A DNA stretch of 64,000 nt, taken from the NCBI GenBank assembly GCA_973895155.1, contig OZ316895.1:6870184-6934183 (forward strand), given 5' to 3'. Below, piece after piece: positions 36,912 to 48,884 of the stretch; position 1 is the stretch's first letter; every line of letters begins with the position of its first letter. Under the pieces are notes generated by a model. That model saw only the letters and a list, made by a program, of their open reading frames with translations. It did no database searches and was not told where the DNA came from. Position numbers and translations under genes: made by a program. This DNA is from Marsupella aquatica. Taxonomy: Eukaryota > Plantae > Marchantiophyta.

Positions 36912-39900
36912 AGAGGCCACGGGTTAGCTCTACTCGGGCTAGATAGGATAGCTTGGTTAGCCAAACTCGGGTTAGCTATGTAACTCAGGTTAGCGCAACA
37001 GTGCATACCCCCTCTCGGTTGCGGGGGCATAACTTTCTCTGTATTTGCCCAAATTGGCTATAATTGACCTCGTTGGAAAGAGGAGCTCAAGCCGATTCCA
37101 ACGCTGCTATCCACGCAGCAAATGGTTGAATAGAGAAATCTGGAGAGGAGGTGCAAGCTCGAAAAAATTGTGGAGGAGGGCCAAATCCGAAATACATAGT
37201 CAGTTTGAGATAGAAATAAAGTTGCGAGTTAGGGTTTAGTAGTTAGATATAGTGGTGGCTCTGTTAGGGCTAGGATGGGGCGCCAACAACGTAACATCCA
37301 CCCATTTGGGCTTAGTGTGAGAGTATATAGGGCAGCCCCCCGGTAGAGGCAGGGGGGGACTTCAGTTGTGTGATCTCACGTAGACTGAGCATCAGGGAGG
37401 AGCTCTGTGCAAGCAAGGCTGGACTTGGACGTCGTGTGTTGGGGAGAGCTGGGTTGTGCTATTACTCAGGGAGTAATCAGCCAAGCTTCACAACAACGGT
37501 TTGCCAGGTTTCCGAGCTGGATTGTGGCTCTTTCTAGTGGGCAGCACAACTGGGTTCTTTTCCCCCTATACATAGCCTTGGTGATAGGTGACGTATTGGT
37601 GATTGTAAACTGTGGGGAGGATTTTGATTGCATTTACGATGAGCACAGTAGGGAGGCTGAGACACTGATCGAGGTGCAGCAGGAGGAGCATTTACAGTTC
37701 AGTTTGGCAAGGCTACGTGATCCATGGGGAGTCCCGGCCTTTGTCTGGTAGAGAGCACTAAGGGATTTATGGCCAGAGCTGAGCTTGCAGGGCAAGCATG
37801 AGGCCAGGCCTCATTGCAGTCTGGGGTAGATCGCCGTTAGACCTGGTACCAGCTTTGAAGTTGAGTCAACTGTGCATGCGTAACTTGACATTCTGAAATG
37901 GAGGTGTGAGATCTGTATGTGCCCCCAAGAATGAAGTGCAGTGAAGGAGGTTGAGTTCAGGATTGAGTTTGCAAGGCAAGTACGGGATTGATTCGAGTCC
38001 AATCTGCCGTCGCAATCTGGAGTGAGCCAGGCTCAGGTTCTCGATTGAGCTTGCATGGCAAGCACGGGGCTTGCGGGGCAAGCACGTCGCAATCTGGAGT
38101 AGACAGCCTTCGGGACTATTGTTTGAATCAAGTGTTCTCAGTGAACTATTGTGCACATTGTTGAATCTAATTGAGTTTTCCTCTCAGGCCTCATTTCTCT
38201 CATGGATGTGTGTGTGTGTGAGGCAATCTGAGTGTATGATGGGACTAGCAGCGCCACTGAGAGGTGTACCGGGTGCATTGAAGTGGGTTGGGTGAGGGCT
38301 ATCATAACTCTGATTGCTGGGAGTGGAATGGCAGAGTGGTGGGGCAATGGCTTAGAAGTCCCTAAGTCGGGAATCAGTCAGAGTCACTGGTTTATGGGTA
38401 CATTCCGGTGGCAAAATAGAAACATACCTATGGCAGTAAGCATACGTATAGACATATGCGCACCGTAGCGCTAGGCCCTGTGTGTACGGGCCCGACATGA
38501 AGACCCCCTTCTCACCAGAACTATCATGAGTGCAAGAGCTGATTCCCAACCTTGGTCCTTTGGGATTGAGCTTGGGTGATGTGTGACAGAGTCTTGCTAT
38601 GATAGTATGGCGTTAAGGGGATAAACCGGTGTATACCAGCCTTCACAACATCCCTCCGTGATCCTCAGGTACAAGGAGATAGTTTTGGCACCCAATAGTG
38701 ACAGCTTTGGTGTCAAGACCCAATGTCAACCGCTTGACACTGCACTACCCACTTCTTGATTTTAATGCGATGCCCAGGGATCTGAATTCCAGATTCCTTC
38801 AAGAGGCTATCAATCTCCTCCTCCGAACACATGAAGATGGAGCCATCTATGCCATTGTCAACAAACGTCTTCACATATTTTTTGCACTTAAGGAATTTGG
38901 CAACTGCAGAGCCAACTTCTCTTTCAGACATGGAAGGTAGAGAAGTCGACATGTTCTCTGAAGTTTAGAGAACCAAAATTGCACACACTAAACAACGAAA
39001 CTTAGTGGCAAGCACTCACTCAATAGATACTCGCATCTAGTTCACTCGCACTGGTGGAGTCACAAGCAAACTTAGTGGATCAGCGCTCATCCGATTCTTA
39101 ATCAAGATCACTCAAAGCACATACTACCTAGCAGGAACGTAAAGTCCTCCCTCCCTCAAAACTGTGAATATGGAATTACAATGCCACTAGCACTGAGATA
39201 TGCTGATGACTCACGCTGAAATAAATTGATCAAATTATAGCCTGAATTACAGCTGCCCTCAAATTACAGGCTGCAGCTATCGATCTTGGCATATCCATCG
39301 ACCAGTACTTGCATGTAGGTGGCGGGAGTACATGGGGATCAGAAACAAATTGTTCACAGAGAATTTAAAAATCCAAATTTCAAACATTGAGAAGAGGCGG
39401 TAAGTTTGATTCTGAGGAAGACATGAGAGAGCGGCAGCCATAGCCCCTAGTACAATTTAAAAATCTTGAAAGAAAGATTCTAAGAAGGCATGAGAGGCGC
39501 GCCGGCACGCGCACCTTATCAGGATTTAATTCTGAAGAAGGCATGAGAGAGCCGCGCCCATTCCTAATCAGAATCTTGATTTGAAAATCTTGAATTTTTG
39601 ATTCAATGCATTGGAAAGAGGCGTACATGTTTGATTCTCACCAAGTGTGACAACCATCTAAATATGGGCCTTCAAAGTGAAAATTGATTTTTCTTCAAGT
39701 TATCCAGGCGCAAGGTGTGTTTGATTCTCAAGTTGGCGCCATTGTTGATGTATATATGAACCTTAAAGAATCTGGATGACTTGCCTGAATGACGTACATT
39801 CATAAAAGCGTTGCTATTCTCCGATAGTAAATAGTTAAGCAGGGCAGCCGACAATTTAGTTGAACAAGCCCATGTACAACACTATCATCTCTGTTTACCC

Positions 39901-42813
39901 GTAGTACAACCTTGCATTCATAAAAGCCTAGGTAGGTGTTCTACGATAGTTAATAGCTGAGCGGGGCAGCCGACAATTAAGCTAGTCCATGTACATCAGT
40001 ATCATCTGTCCATGTACATGTACATCAGTATTCACCGATCTCAACTCTGTGTACCCGTAGTCCCACCAAGTTCCTGCAATTTAGGGAACTTTTAGATAAA
40101 CGTGCCCATGTTGCGAGGTCATTGCCTACCATGCAGCCCTGGCCATTTGTTTGACCACTGAGGAAGAAAGTAACCAGCGAGTTGCCCATGTATGTGCAGC
40201 CAAAATTGGCTTTCACGGTGGGACCCATGAACTCTATAATGGAGAATGGCCCTCACTCTCTGTCCGCTAATCTCAATCCTTTGGCCCTCGCTTTGGCCTT
40301 GACTCATCCAACTGTCATGGCACCACACAGTTGTAGCCTCTGGCTTGTGGAAAGTTAAATATTAGGTCCTCATCAACAAATTTAAAGTGGAGATATAAGC
40401 TGAAGGAGACAAACAAAAAATGGCCCTAAGTCTAAACTCCCCCCCCCCCCCTCTTTGGAAAATTAAGTCTCCCATAGTTGTGTTGTTGATCTATTAAAAT
40501 TTGTTCATATAACGCTTAACTTGATCATTAAGTTATATAGAACAGTATTATAAAAATATTAAGCAAGCCAATTAGGTAGATGAAGTTTTGCTGCCAATCC
40601 AAAGTATTTGTCTCCCATATATAAAGACCGAAAAGGAAAGAAAAAAATACTAGGTGAGGAAAGCACAAAATAGCCCCAGGCAGAACAAACCTCAGACTTG
40701 ACAATCTATTTTGTAAATAAGTTGCTTGGGGTCAAAGATATTTGAAGGAGATCGCAGCCTGTCAGATAGCTGGGACCAGCAGAGGGGAGAAATTAAATAA
40801 ATAGGATTTGAGTTGTAAGAGGAGAGATTAAGCTTGGAGTGGGAAAGGGAAATTAAACCAAATTTGATAGAAGGATGGATGCCTGGGAAGAACTTAGTAA
40901 TTAAGGAAGTAATTAAATTGAAACTTTGATAGAATAATATATTGGACCGTAAAGTTCAAGAGAAGGGATCTAGTTACAATAGGTGGAAAATGAATTTTAG
41001 TTTTTCCTTTAGAAAGTCAGTGGGGAGGGTCTAAGAGGTTGTGTATTTACATAGTTTAAATATGCCGATGATAGTACTTAGCATTATATTATTTTGCAGC
41101 CTTAGCATGTGCATGCATGTTTCAATAATACACATGAATAAATAGTGGAGTGAATACAACGAAACAGTAGTTTTCCACTTACGGTCCTTTAAGCCGGATC
41201 AAAAGTATAGAAAGACACTGTTTGGATGAAAAACGATTCATCGTAAGGCCAGATTGACTTGGAAATGGCTGGACGTCTCGACTTAGATCTTGAAGACCTC
41301 CAGGTGTACCTGTCCAGTCCGACTCTGAGTCAGAAAGAGGAGTCTACTGTAGGTCTCTCGAGGTGGTCTCATTGTGTCAAATAAATGTATATTGTCAACA
41401 GTACTGAATATTCCTGACATGTGTTGTGGACCAGGATCAGATAAGTTCATCAGGATGATGATAGATATAAAAAAAGCTGACAATTTTAGTCTTTTAGAGG
41501 CTCCCATCGTATCATGCAGTTAATATCTTCCATGAATGCAGTCCACAAACACGATTTTGGACCGACCGAGAAGTGTGACACACTTCTCATTTAGCCCGAT
41601 TCCATTTTTTTCTAAGGCAATGCAATCTCCGATAAAACTGCCAAAAAATCAAAAAAACATGAGTTGCCTACATTGCATCGCCGCGGGAATGCAGGGAGCG
41701 ATACTTGCATTAGGTTTTACATTCGGTCTGTGAAAAAGTCCGAACTGCGAGTAACTTGGTCCCAAACCACGTAATCGAGGGTCGACCACGCACTAACCCG
41801 GGTTAAGGCGGAAAGTAACCATGGTTAAGGGGGAAAGTTACCATGGTTAGAGCATCCCCTATATAAAGAGGAGCGGGCTGCCCATAAAAAGTTTATTTTC
41901 GCCGGAGCAAACAACACCTCACTCAGAGTGAATACTGAACTCCTATCAAGTCTTGCATTCCTCCCAAGAGACTTGACTCTTTCTCGAGAGAACCCGATAA
42001 ATTTATCGGAACTACCATTCCAGTCGAGTATCATCCATGTAAGGTTGACTTGTCATTGGTGTCAATGTCCTGATCCGAGAGGACTGCGATAAATTTATCG
42101 CATTTTGCATTCCTCTGTTGCATTCCTTTGATCCAGTGCGCATTCATTCCATAAATTATATTCAAGGTCCGATAAATTTATCGGAAACACGATTTCAGAC
42201 CGAACGAGAACTATTTCCTCTAAACGAGAAGTGTATTTTCATTTTCCGCCGAATCTCGCGAAATTGGCAGTTTTTTTATCAAAAACACGTTTTTGGGGAA
42301 ATAATGTAATTCATATCGGAGTTCGGATTGAAACAGCAAATTTAATAATGATCAAAACCAATGAAATTCATGCTAACAAACATTCATATTATCAAGGAAC
42401 AATTAGATCCAAAAAAGTTTCTCCTCAACCTCATATTCACGCTCTCCGAAGATATCTGAAAGGTCTTATCTATAAATCCATATCCACGTTTCGAGCCAAG
42501 TGCGATAACTGTATCGGACTCCGGATTTGAGCCATGAAAGCTCCGACCCAATCTCAGTTTTCTCAGTTTTTGGATATTTACCAAAAATATTTTACATCAC
42601 AGTCAATAAGAATTACTGCACGGTTCGTCAAACTTACCTTGTAGTTACCTCCGCAATTGACCAGTTACCTTCGCAAGTGACCATAGTCAACATGCCATTC
42701 TTCAACAGCAATGCGCAGTCCGATAAAATTATCGCGAAAACTACGGGCGACAAAAATACTAGTCGACAATACTAAGATCCTTCGGTTCATCGGTTAAATT
42801 TCAAAATTCCTAT

Positions 42814-43089
42814 CCATATGAAGAAAACTCTTTGCAATACCAACATCAGATAAATTTATCGCTTCAATTTCAAAATTGCAACTTCCATATGAAGGAACCA
42901 CTTTTGCAATACCAACATCAGATAAATTTATCGCTTCAATTTCAAATTGCAACTTCCATATGAAGGAACCACTTTTGCAATACCAACATCAGATAAATTT
43001 ATCGCTTCAATTTCAAATTGCAACTTCCATATGAAGGAACCACTTTTGCAATACCAACATCAGATAAATTTATCGCTTCAATTTCAAAA
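42814..43089. repeat. 71-bp tandem repeat x ~4 carrying the palindrome GATAAATTTATC
   Basis: CCATATGAAG... at 42814, 42885, 42956 and 43027. Dispersed CGATAAATTTATCG also at 41995, 42087 and 42170, and a variant at 42721. Confidence 0.9.
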
Positions 43090-43223
43090 CTATATAATTT
43101 TGCCACGATGCACGTGTGAGAATGAAATTGGAAATCCAAGAAATATACCCTTTTTTGCTATTTTGTCGTTTAGGGTGACAGCCAATCAGAAGTGGACACG
43201 TGGGCCAACCCCTCAACAGACAC

Positions 43224-43230
43224 TATAAAA
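43224..43230 (+). promoter_or_regulatory. TATA box upstream of the Ser-rich ORF
   Basis: TATAAAA followed by GGG, ~120 bp before ATG 43345. CCAAT at ~43182. Confidence 0.45.
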
Positions 43231-43344
43231 GGGCCACCGCCGATAAGTTTTTGGCGTCATTATCGAGAGTAGAGTTTTGGGAGTTGTGTTCTTGGAGCAA
43301 CATTCTGTCCGTTGAGCCTTTCATTTTCCCTGATTGTGGGAGGA

Positions 43345-44376
43345 ATGCAAAGCCTCATAGTATCTCGGATAGCCATGTCTCAATCAGACACAGATTCACC
43401 TTCCAGTTTAGTTGAATCCTCTCCTTCCAGTTCAGTTGAATCCTCTCCTAATCTTGTCGCTCGCTGTTTGCCAAGTTGCATACTTAAAGCTCTACCTCTC
43501 TCACAGCAAATAGTGCCCGAAATCTCTGACTCAAATTCTGATGCAAGTTCTGGTCCTGAGCCCAGTGCTTACTATGTGTCGCCTAGTAAACCTGAGAAGC
43601 GTCGTCTCTTGAGCGTTCCATCGCCAAGAAATGAGAAACTTTCAATCCCAGGTTTAGGTCCGAGACGTCGCTTCAGGCCATCCATCCCGGGTTATGGAGA
43701 GGGTATCCGGCGACCGATACGCATATCGCAGTCGGCATTCAAGTCGCCACATTCAACACAAGTTCAACGACGGATCTTTCAGTCTCAGGGTGAGGATCGG
43801 GACACAGAAATACAAAGACCGATACGGCGATCGGTCTTTGCATTGCCTGGACTGGATGTGCAAGCAAGCGAGGGAATCGGACTGCGAAGTCCAGACTCGG
43901 CCCTTTCTTGAATGGTCCGTGAGAATCGTGGTGAACAAGTGCTCAATTTTCCAGCAGCTCGCGGAGTCGTTGGGACTGCACGTGCGAATCCAGAATCTCC
44001 AAGTTCTCAAGGGCGGACTATGTATAGAGAGCCACGGAGTCCAATTGTGTTTTCAGATGAGTCAAGTGCATCGGAGGACGAAGATGAGGAAGGAGATAGA
44101 GAATCCGATATAATAGCACAAGTTGTGTCTGAATGTTTAGAAGGAGCTGTCGAAGAGAATAGTTATAGTTGTCTATTCAGTGCCCCTCTAAATGCGTCAA
44201 GGAGATCTATAGAGGATGGTAGCTCAGCAGAGAGTGATGCATCTATTCGCGAGGCACCTGAAAGACCCGAAAATGTCATGTGCATTTTTCTCGGTCAATT
44301 GAGGTTTAGGGCGACCTTGGTTTTGGGTAGTGCTCATCAGGAGGCAAGCAAGCTTGCTACAGAGGAGTTGGACTGA
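43345..44376 (+). pseudogene. Ser/Pro/acid-rich low-complexity ORF with one in-frame stop (TE cargo, function unknown)
   Basis: ORFs 43312-43911 and 43912-44376 are in the same frame, separated by a single TGA. Composition suggests a disordered protein. Confidence 0.5.
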
Positions 44377-45228
44377 GGCCGTAAGGCTTCTCCTTTTGCC
44401 ATATAGTTTGCTTCTTTGCAGCCTTCATTTTAGTCCTGCTTGGTGGTTGAGACTACATTGTCCTGCGAGTGGTCAATACCAGGTATTTTGTCAATGCTAA
44501 ATCCTACTGCTTGTAATTACTTTTGTGTGTTGTAATGTGTTCTTCTTGATTGATTTGTTGCTACTATTGTGTGTAGAGCTCTCGTTTAGCTCATGAATGC
44601 TTTTGGACCCCTCTGTCTGTTTTTCTAGCTTTCCAAATGCCATACGCAACGATATTTTTTACCCCATGACTAGGCCCAGCATTCGCTCCTTTTTTCTGCG
44701 CCAAAGCAAACTAAAACCTCACCTCAATCCCTGAGACTACTCAGTTGCTTTTTAATGCTTTCATTTTCACTTACACTACCCGATGGTCTCAAATTTTGTT
44801 TTCAGTTTCAGTGAAGGGCCTATCTAGCGAGTACCAGCAGCAGCTATCAACCGGATTGAACAGTCAGCTATCAACCGGATTTCAGCTTTAGTGAAGGACA
44901 GAGCTGCAACTAAGGTAGAGCTGCACTCCACACTGGTAGGGACGGGAAGCGTTTTTTTTTCAGTTGAGTTCAGAAGGATAGAGCAACTAATGTACAAGCA
45001 AGATGCTAGTTCGATTAACTGAGCTGCATCTTGTCATGCCTTGGCCATTTTTCCCTTCTTGGAAGTTTGGTTCTTGTCTCTGCTCTGAGGACAGTGTTGT
45101 GCATTATTGTTTGAGCTCCTCAAGATAGTACCAATCTGTAGAGCAGCATGTAATGCTAGGTTCACCAAGGACCAAGTAGTTTTTACAGAGTCTTGTTTGC
45201 TCTGCCTCTCTCCCAATCCTGTTTTCTC

Positions 45229-45524
45229 TTCGGGGGTTTCACTTCCACAAAAATGGCATATCACGTGCGACGAAGGATAGGGTCATTTTATTGGTTCTAA
45301 GGGAAGACTTAAGAATTTTTGTAGAAGAACAATAGGGTCTTTTAAATTCAATTTTGAGACTTATAAGAATATTAGGGTCTTTTTAATCCAATTTTTAGAA
45401 TATTCCAAGAATATTCCAACTTTATAGGGGTTAAAAATAAATATTTTTTCTTACATTTTAGGGGGTCCAAGGCCTAAAAACGTCGCAAGCGATGGGGAGG
45501 TCCCCATATAGTGAGACCCCCGAG
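45229..45524. mobile_element. MITE, copy A
   Basis: Terminal inverted repeats TTCGGGGGTTTCAC / GTGAGACCCCCGAG, 8-bp TSD GTTTTCTC, AT-rich interior. Confidence 0.85.
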
Positions 45525-45829
45525 GTTTTCTCTCCTATGAGATTGTTGTCTTAGCTTATTGCGTTTGCGGCTGCTTCCCCTTTGCTTTTCTTCCCCTTTG
45601 CAAAGCGTCAGCTGGAGTTCGGGATTCAGTGAGCCGCATCAGTGGATTGGAACTGCGATAAGGGACGTCATGCATTAGACCTACCCTTTGTGTCCTGAGC
45701 AATAGAATAGACTGCAGCCTGCTTTGAATATTCTCAATCTTGCCTTTTTGAATAAACTTCTCTTTCACTCTGAACACTTTATCCAAGTCTGCTTGACTGA
45801 TTGCGTTTAACATTTTGCTGTCTGTGCAG

Positions 45830-46674
45830 AGCACACATAAACCAGAGCCAAGTTATTTTGGACATTGCTTGTACTCCGTGAGACTGAGGTGGGCAGGATA
45901 TCTCCTCATTTGCACTCAAATCTCTTACGTAAGTACACCTTTGTAATATGGAAGGTAATTCTGCAGATCCACACATGACATCAGGCATGGCACGGACTGC
46001 TGCTGCCTGGCTGGATCCATAAAGAGCACCTCCGCATGGATCCCCCTTGTTGTTTTGAATGTGATGAGGGAGGTACTGTTTTGTTCTGCGATGGGCCTTC
46101 CAGTCGTCATTTCCATTACTTAGTTGATGGGCAGGATTTTGAGGAGCCTGATGGCCATGGGCCTGAGTGCACACCCGTTGCCATTTCTAGAGGGCATGAT
46201 TGGGCCAAGGAGTGGCTCTATGACCTCTGTCAATAGAAACGAGGTCGTTGCTTTGCTTGTGGACTACTTGGCCGAACCCTAAAGCCCACTACAGATGAGC
46301 CCCTTGTGGTCCAGTGTGCACAGGATGACTGCTTTTCTTTTTATCATGTGGGATGTCTGCGGACCATATTGAGGGCCAAGGAGTTGCCTCTCATGGGGTA
46401 CGCAGAGAACTCAGATGCACATCCCGCTGCTCTTATATGCCCAAGACATTATTGTGATGTGTGTAAGGAGTATGCGGATGGCATTTGGGAATTTATCCAG
46501 TGTCGTAGGTGCCCTCGTGTGTGGTGCAGGGATGAGGGACCAGAGGCAGACAAACACTTGAAGAGAGGGGTGAAGGGTAGAGAAACATGGGATATTGGTC
46601 CATGGCGTATGGTGTACTGCAATCGCCATGTCATTCCAGAGGGTTCTGATGTGCCACCTCATGATTTCAAATAG
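45830..46674 (+). pseudogene. EDM2-type composite PHD-finger region (TE-borne)
   Basis: CFECDEGGTVLFCDGP..RHFH ... LCQ*KRGRCFACGLLG ... VVQCAQDDCFSFYHVGC ... LICPRHYCDVCK ... FIQCRRCPRVW ... RETWD....MVYCNRH. Same motif order as ENHANCED DOWNY MILDEW 2 (CDNGG..CCEG.C..FH; HQCFIC..LG; FQC....CG.FYH..C; CPLHKC..C; CRRCPK; RAWD....LIYC..H). In-frame stops at 45976 and 46234. Confidence 0.8.
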
Positions 46675-46844
46675 ATCATAAGCCTTCAGTTGTATAGAAA
46701 ATACTGCATAGTACAAAGCATACTGAACTTAAAATGGGCTAAGGACTTATGGAAGTATACTGGACATCAAAATGAACTAGAGGGGTACAGTGGAGCATCT
46801 AAGTTTTTGGTTGGATGAAAATGGAGTGAAGTGTCAAGTTGGAT

Positions 46845-47005
46845 TCAATGGACTAAACTGAAATGGACTAAAGTAGGATGATTGTATGAAATGGACTAAA
46901 ATGTCTGATTGTATGAAGTGGGCTAAATTGTCTGATTGTATGAACTGGACTACACTGTCTAATGGACTAAACTAAAATGGACTAAAGTATCTGATTGTAT
47001 GAAAT
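46845..47005. repeat. Short degenerate tandem repeat ATGGACTAAA / GATTGTATGAA
   Basis: About 7 copies of (A)TGGACTAAA and 4 of GATTGTATGAA. Confidence 0.8.
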
Positions 47006-48884
47006 AGTTAAATGTTAAATTGTTGCATGAAATTCATTGAAGTGTTGGGTTGGATAAACTATTGCTTCTTGTATTTGTCACAGTAATGCCAAGGACACGC
47101 AACAGCTTGGGAGCTGACCTTGAAGGCAGAGCTGAGAGGCTACGCCTGAAGCTAAGTGGAATGAGGTTGGTCCCTGCCAGTTTTGCTGTGCAATGGGAGT
47201 TTTTGCCTGTACATAGAGACACGTACAGTCGGCACATTACTCTAGATGCTCCACCCTTGCCCATAGGTTTTTGTATTGTGGCAGTTGATAATGGAGTGGT
47301 ACAACCAGAGCAGATATGCTACTCTGTCTGTATCCACAGTTGTGAGGATTTTTGCCCAAAATGTTGAGTGCGCCCAGGGGATATATATAGGCGGGATGGA
47401 CACAGTAGGCTGCAGAGGAGGTGTGCCTGTATAATGTTCCACCATGATGAGCCAGTCTTGGGACCAGGGGTTGAGACTGTTTGCCCTAGAGTAGATCATC
47501 ACTTAGTGGAGAAAGACCAGTATCAATTCTGATTGTATGATGACTGTTAAGAGTGTCAATGGCAAACATGTGAAGAGCCTGAATGGAGATCCATAACAAA
47601 AAAACTAAGAAACATCACACTGACCTGAGCAAGACCCAAAAACCACCCAAGGTCTTAAATTTTTTGTTGTCCCCGTTGAGGGATCTGGCCATAAGAAGGC
47701 AAACTTCACTTAATGTCTCTCATGTTTTGTAGTATAGACTGCCTTTCTAAACCCACAGCCTTAAGAATTCCTTCAACCCGGGTCTCTGAACTTTCTCATT
47801 TTTGATGATTTTGAAGACTGAGTGTGTATTTCATTCTTACTACTGCACAAAAACACTATATGTTTAATTATGTACATTACATGAAACCCTTTCAGGCCCT
47901 TGTCCATATGTATCCTGGTTTGTGTGGGGATGATGAAATGTTGTGATCTGGAATCTATTCTAGTACCTGCCCAAAACCAACTGCCTTGATGAAGAGGATC
48001 ATTTCAACAAATGAATTCAAAAGTCACAGAATGAAGGAGGGGATTGTTGGACATTATGATTAATGTTTGTTATTGTACTCACTGTTTTGAAGGGTCTAAG
48101 ATTGCTGACTACTGGCCACACCCTTGCCTTAAATCTGGATGAGGTAGGCCTTTATTTGGTCTTGTAAACTTTTGTCATTTTGATTTTAACAATTCAGGTC
48201 TCCTTCAAATACCCATTGCCACTTACAATATGAAATGAGATTAGGTAACGTATCCAAGTAAATAATTTCTGATCAAGTTGCTAATATGTCATCTGTTTAC
48301 CTGTTGTTGGCATGCATGTACTATTCTATTGGCAATGAAGGCTAAAGTGGGAGCTGCCTTTACCTCAGTTGGAGTACTGTACCTCAAAATCAATCTATTC
48401 ATTAAAAATGAATTATTATTCAATTTATGAACATTTGGGTAACAAAAAGTGTACATTTGGCTTTCAAAAAGTGTATAATTGGACAAGAAATAAAGATGTT
48501 TGCCATCAAAAGTACCACCATGTTCATCCTTTGTAAATAAACTAGGATGAGACTCCTTCTAGTAAAGATCATTTTTGCAACCTCAAGTTTACAATTGATC
48601 ATTTAGGTGTAGAATAGTGTACTATATTGTACCTTTTGGGGTTAAAAAGTGTACATTTAGAGAACAAAAAGTGAACATTTAGAGGACTAAAAGTGAACAA
48701 AATAAAATACACTTTTAATGAATAGAGTGATTAAATGTATGTCTATTCTTCACTTGTGCACACATTTGCTTCACATGACGCTCTAGAAGATGGTATGGAA
48801 GGGTTTTGGAGTTGTCTAGAGCTCTGCAAGATGTCACAAAAGAAAGATGTGCAACTGTGTTTTTGATTAGGTAGCGCTGCAATC

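Larger units (their letters stand above)
29948..38647 (+). mobile_element. Solo-LTR-like element (~2370 bp without the nested Copia), probably Ty3/Gypsy type
   Basis: Termini TGTGA...TCACA. Plant LTR-type motifs (CATAACTTT...CGTTGGAAAG...TTCCAACG at ~37030-37105; CATTGGAAAGATCT at ~36460), TATA-like GAGTATATAG at 37321, no coding capacity. Removing it rejoins an open frame. Confidence 0.65.
26024..38952 (-). pseudogene. Multi-exon TE-associated gene with N-terminal SAM domain, interrupted by nested LTR insertions
   Basis: 38952-38713 encodes KYVKTFVDNGIDGSIFMCSEEEIDSLLKESGIQIPGHRIKIKKWV (SAM consensus Y...F....IDG..L.....L...GI...GHR.KI). After a frameshift the frame continues across the 29948-38647 insertion. 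GT-AG bounded exon-like blocks follow at ~29.7-29.9, 29.0-29.4, 28.75, 28.5, 27.9-28.3, 27.3-27.7, 26.9-27.0, 26.6 and 26.0-26.3 kb, with stops and frameshifts. Confidence 0.6.

Noticed and set aside
40025-41100. Short minus-strand ORFs and a poly-C run (~40439-40451) suggesting a reversed Gypsy PPT
   Set aside because: No adjacent LTR or retroelement domain could be identified.
41791-41805. CACTA pentamer as the left terminus of the CACTA element (also CACTACAAGG at 57888)
   Set aside because: The following bases do not match the right TIR at 59511-59526, and no 3-bp TSD agrees.
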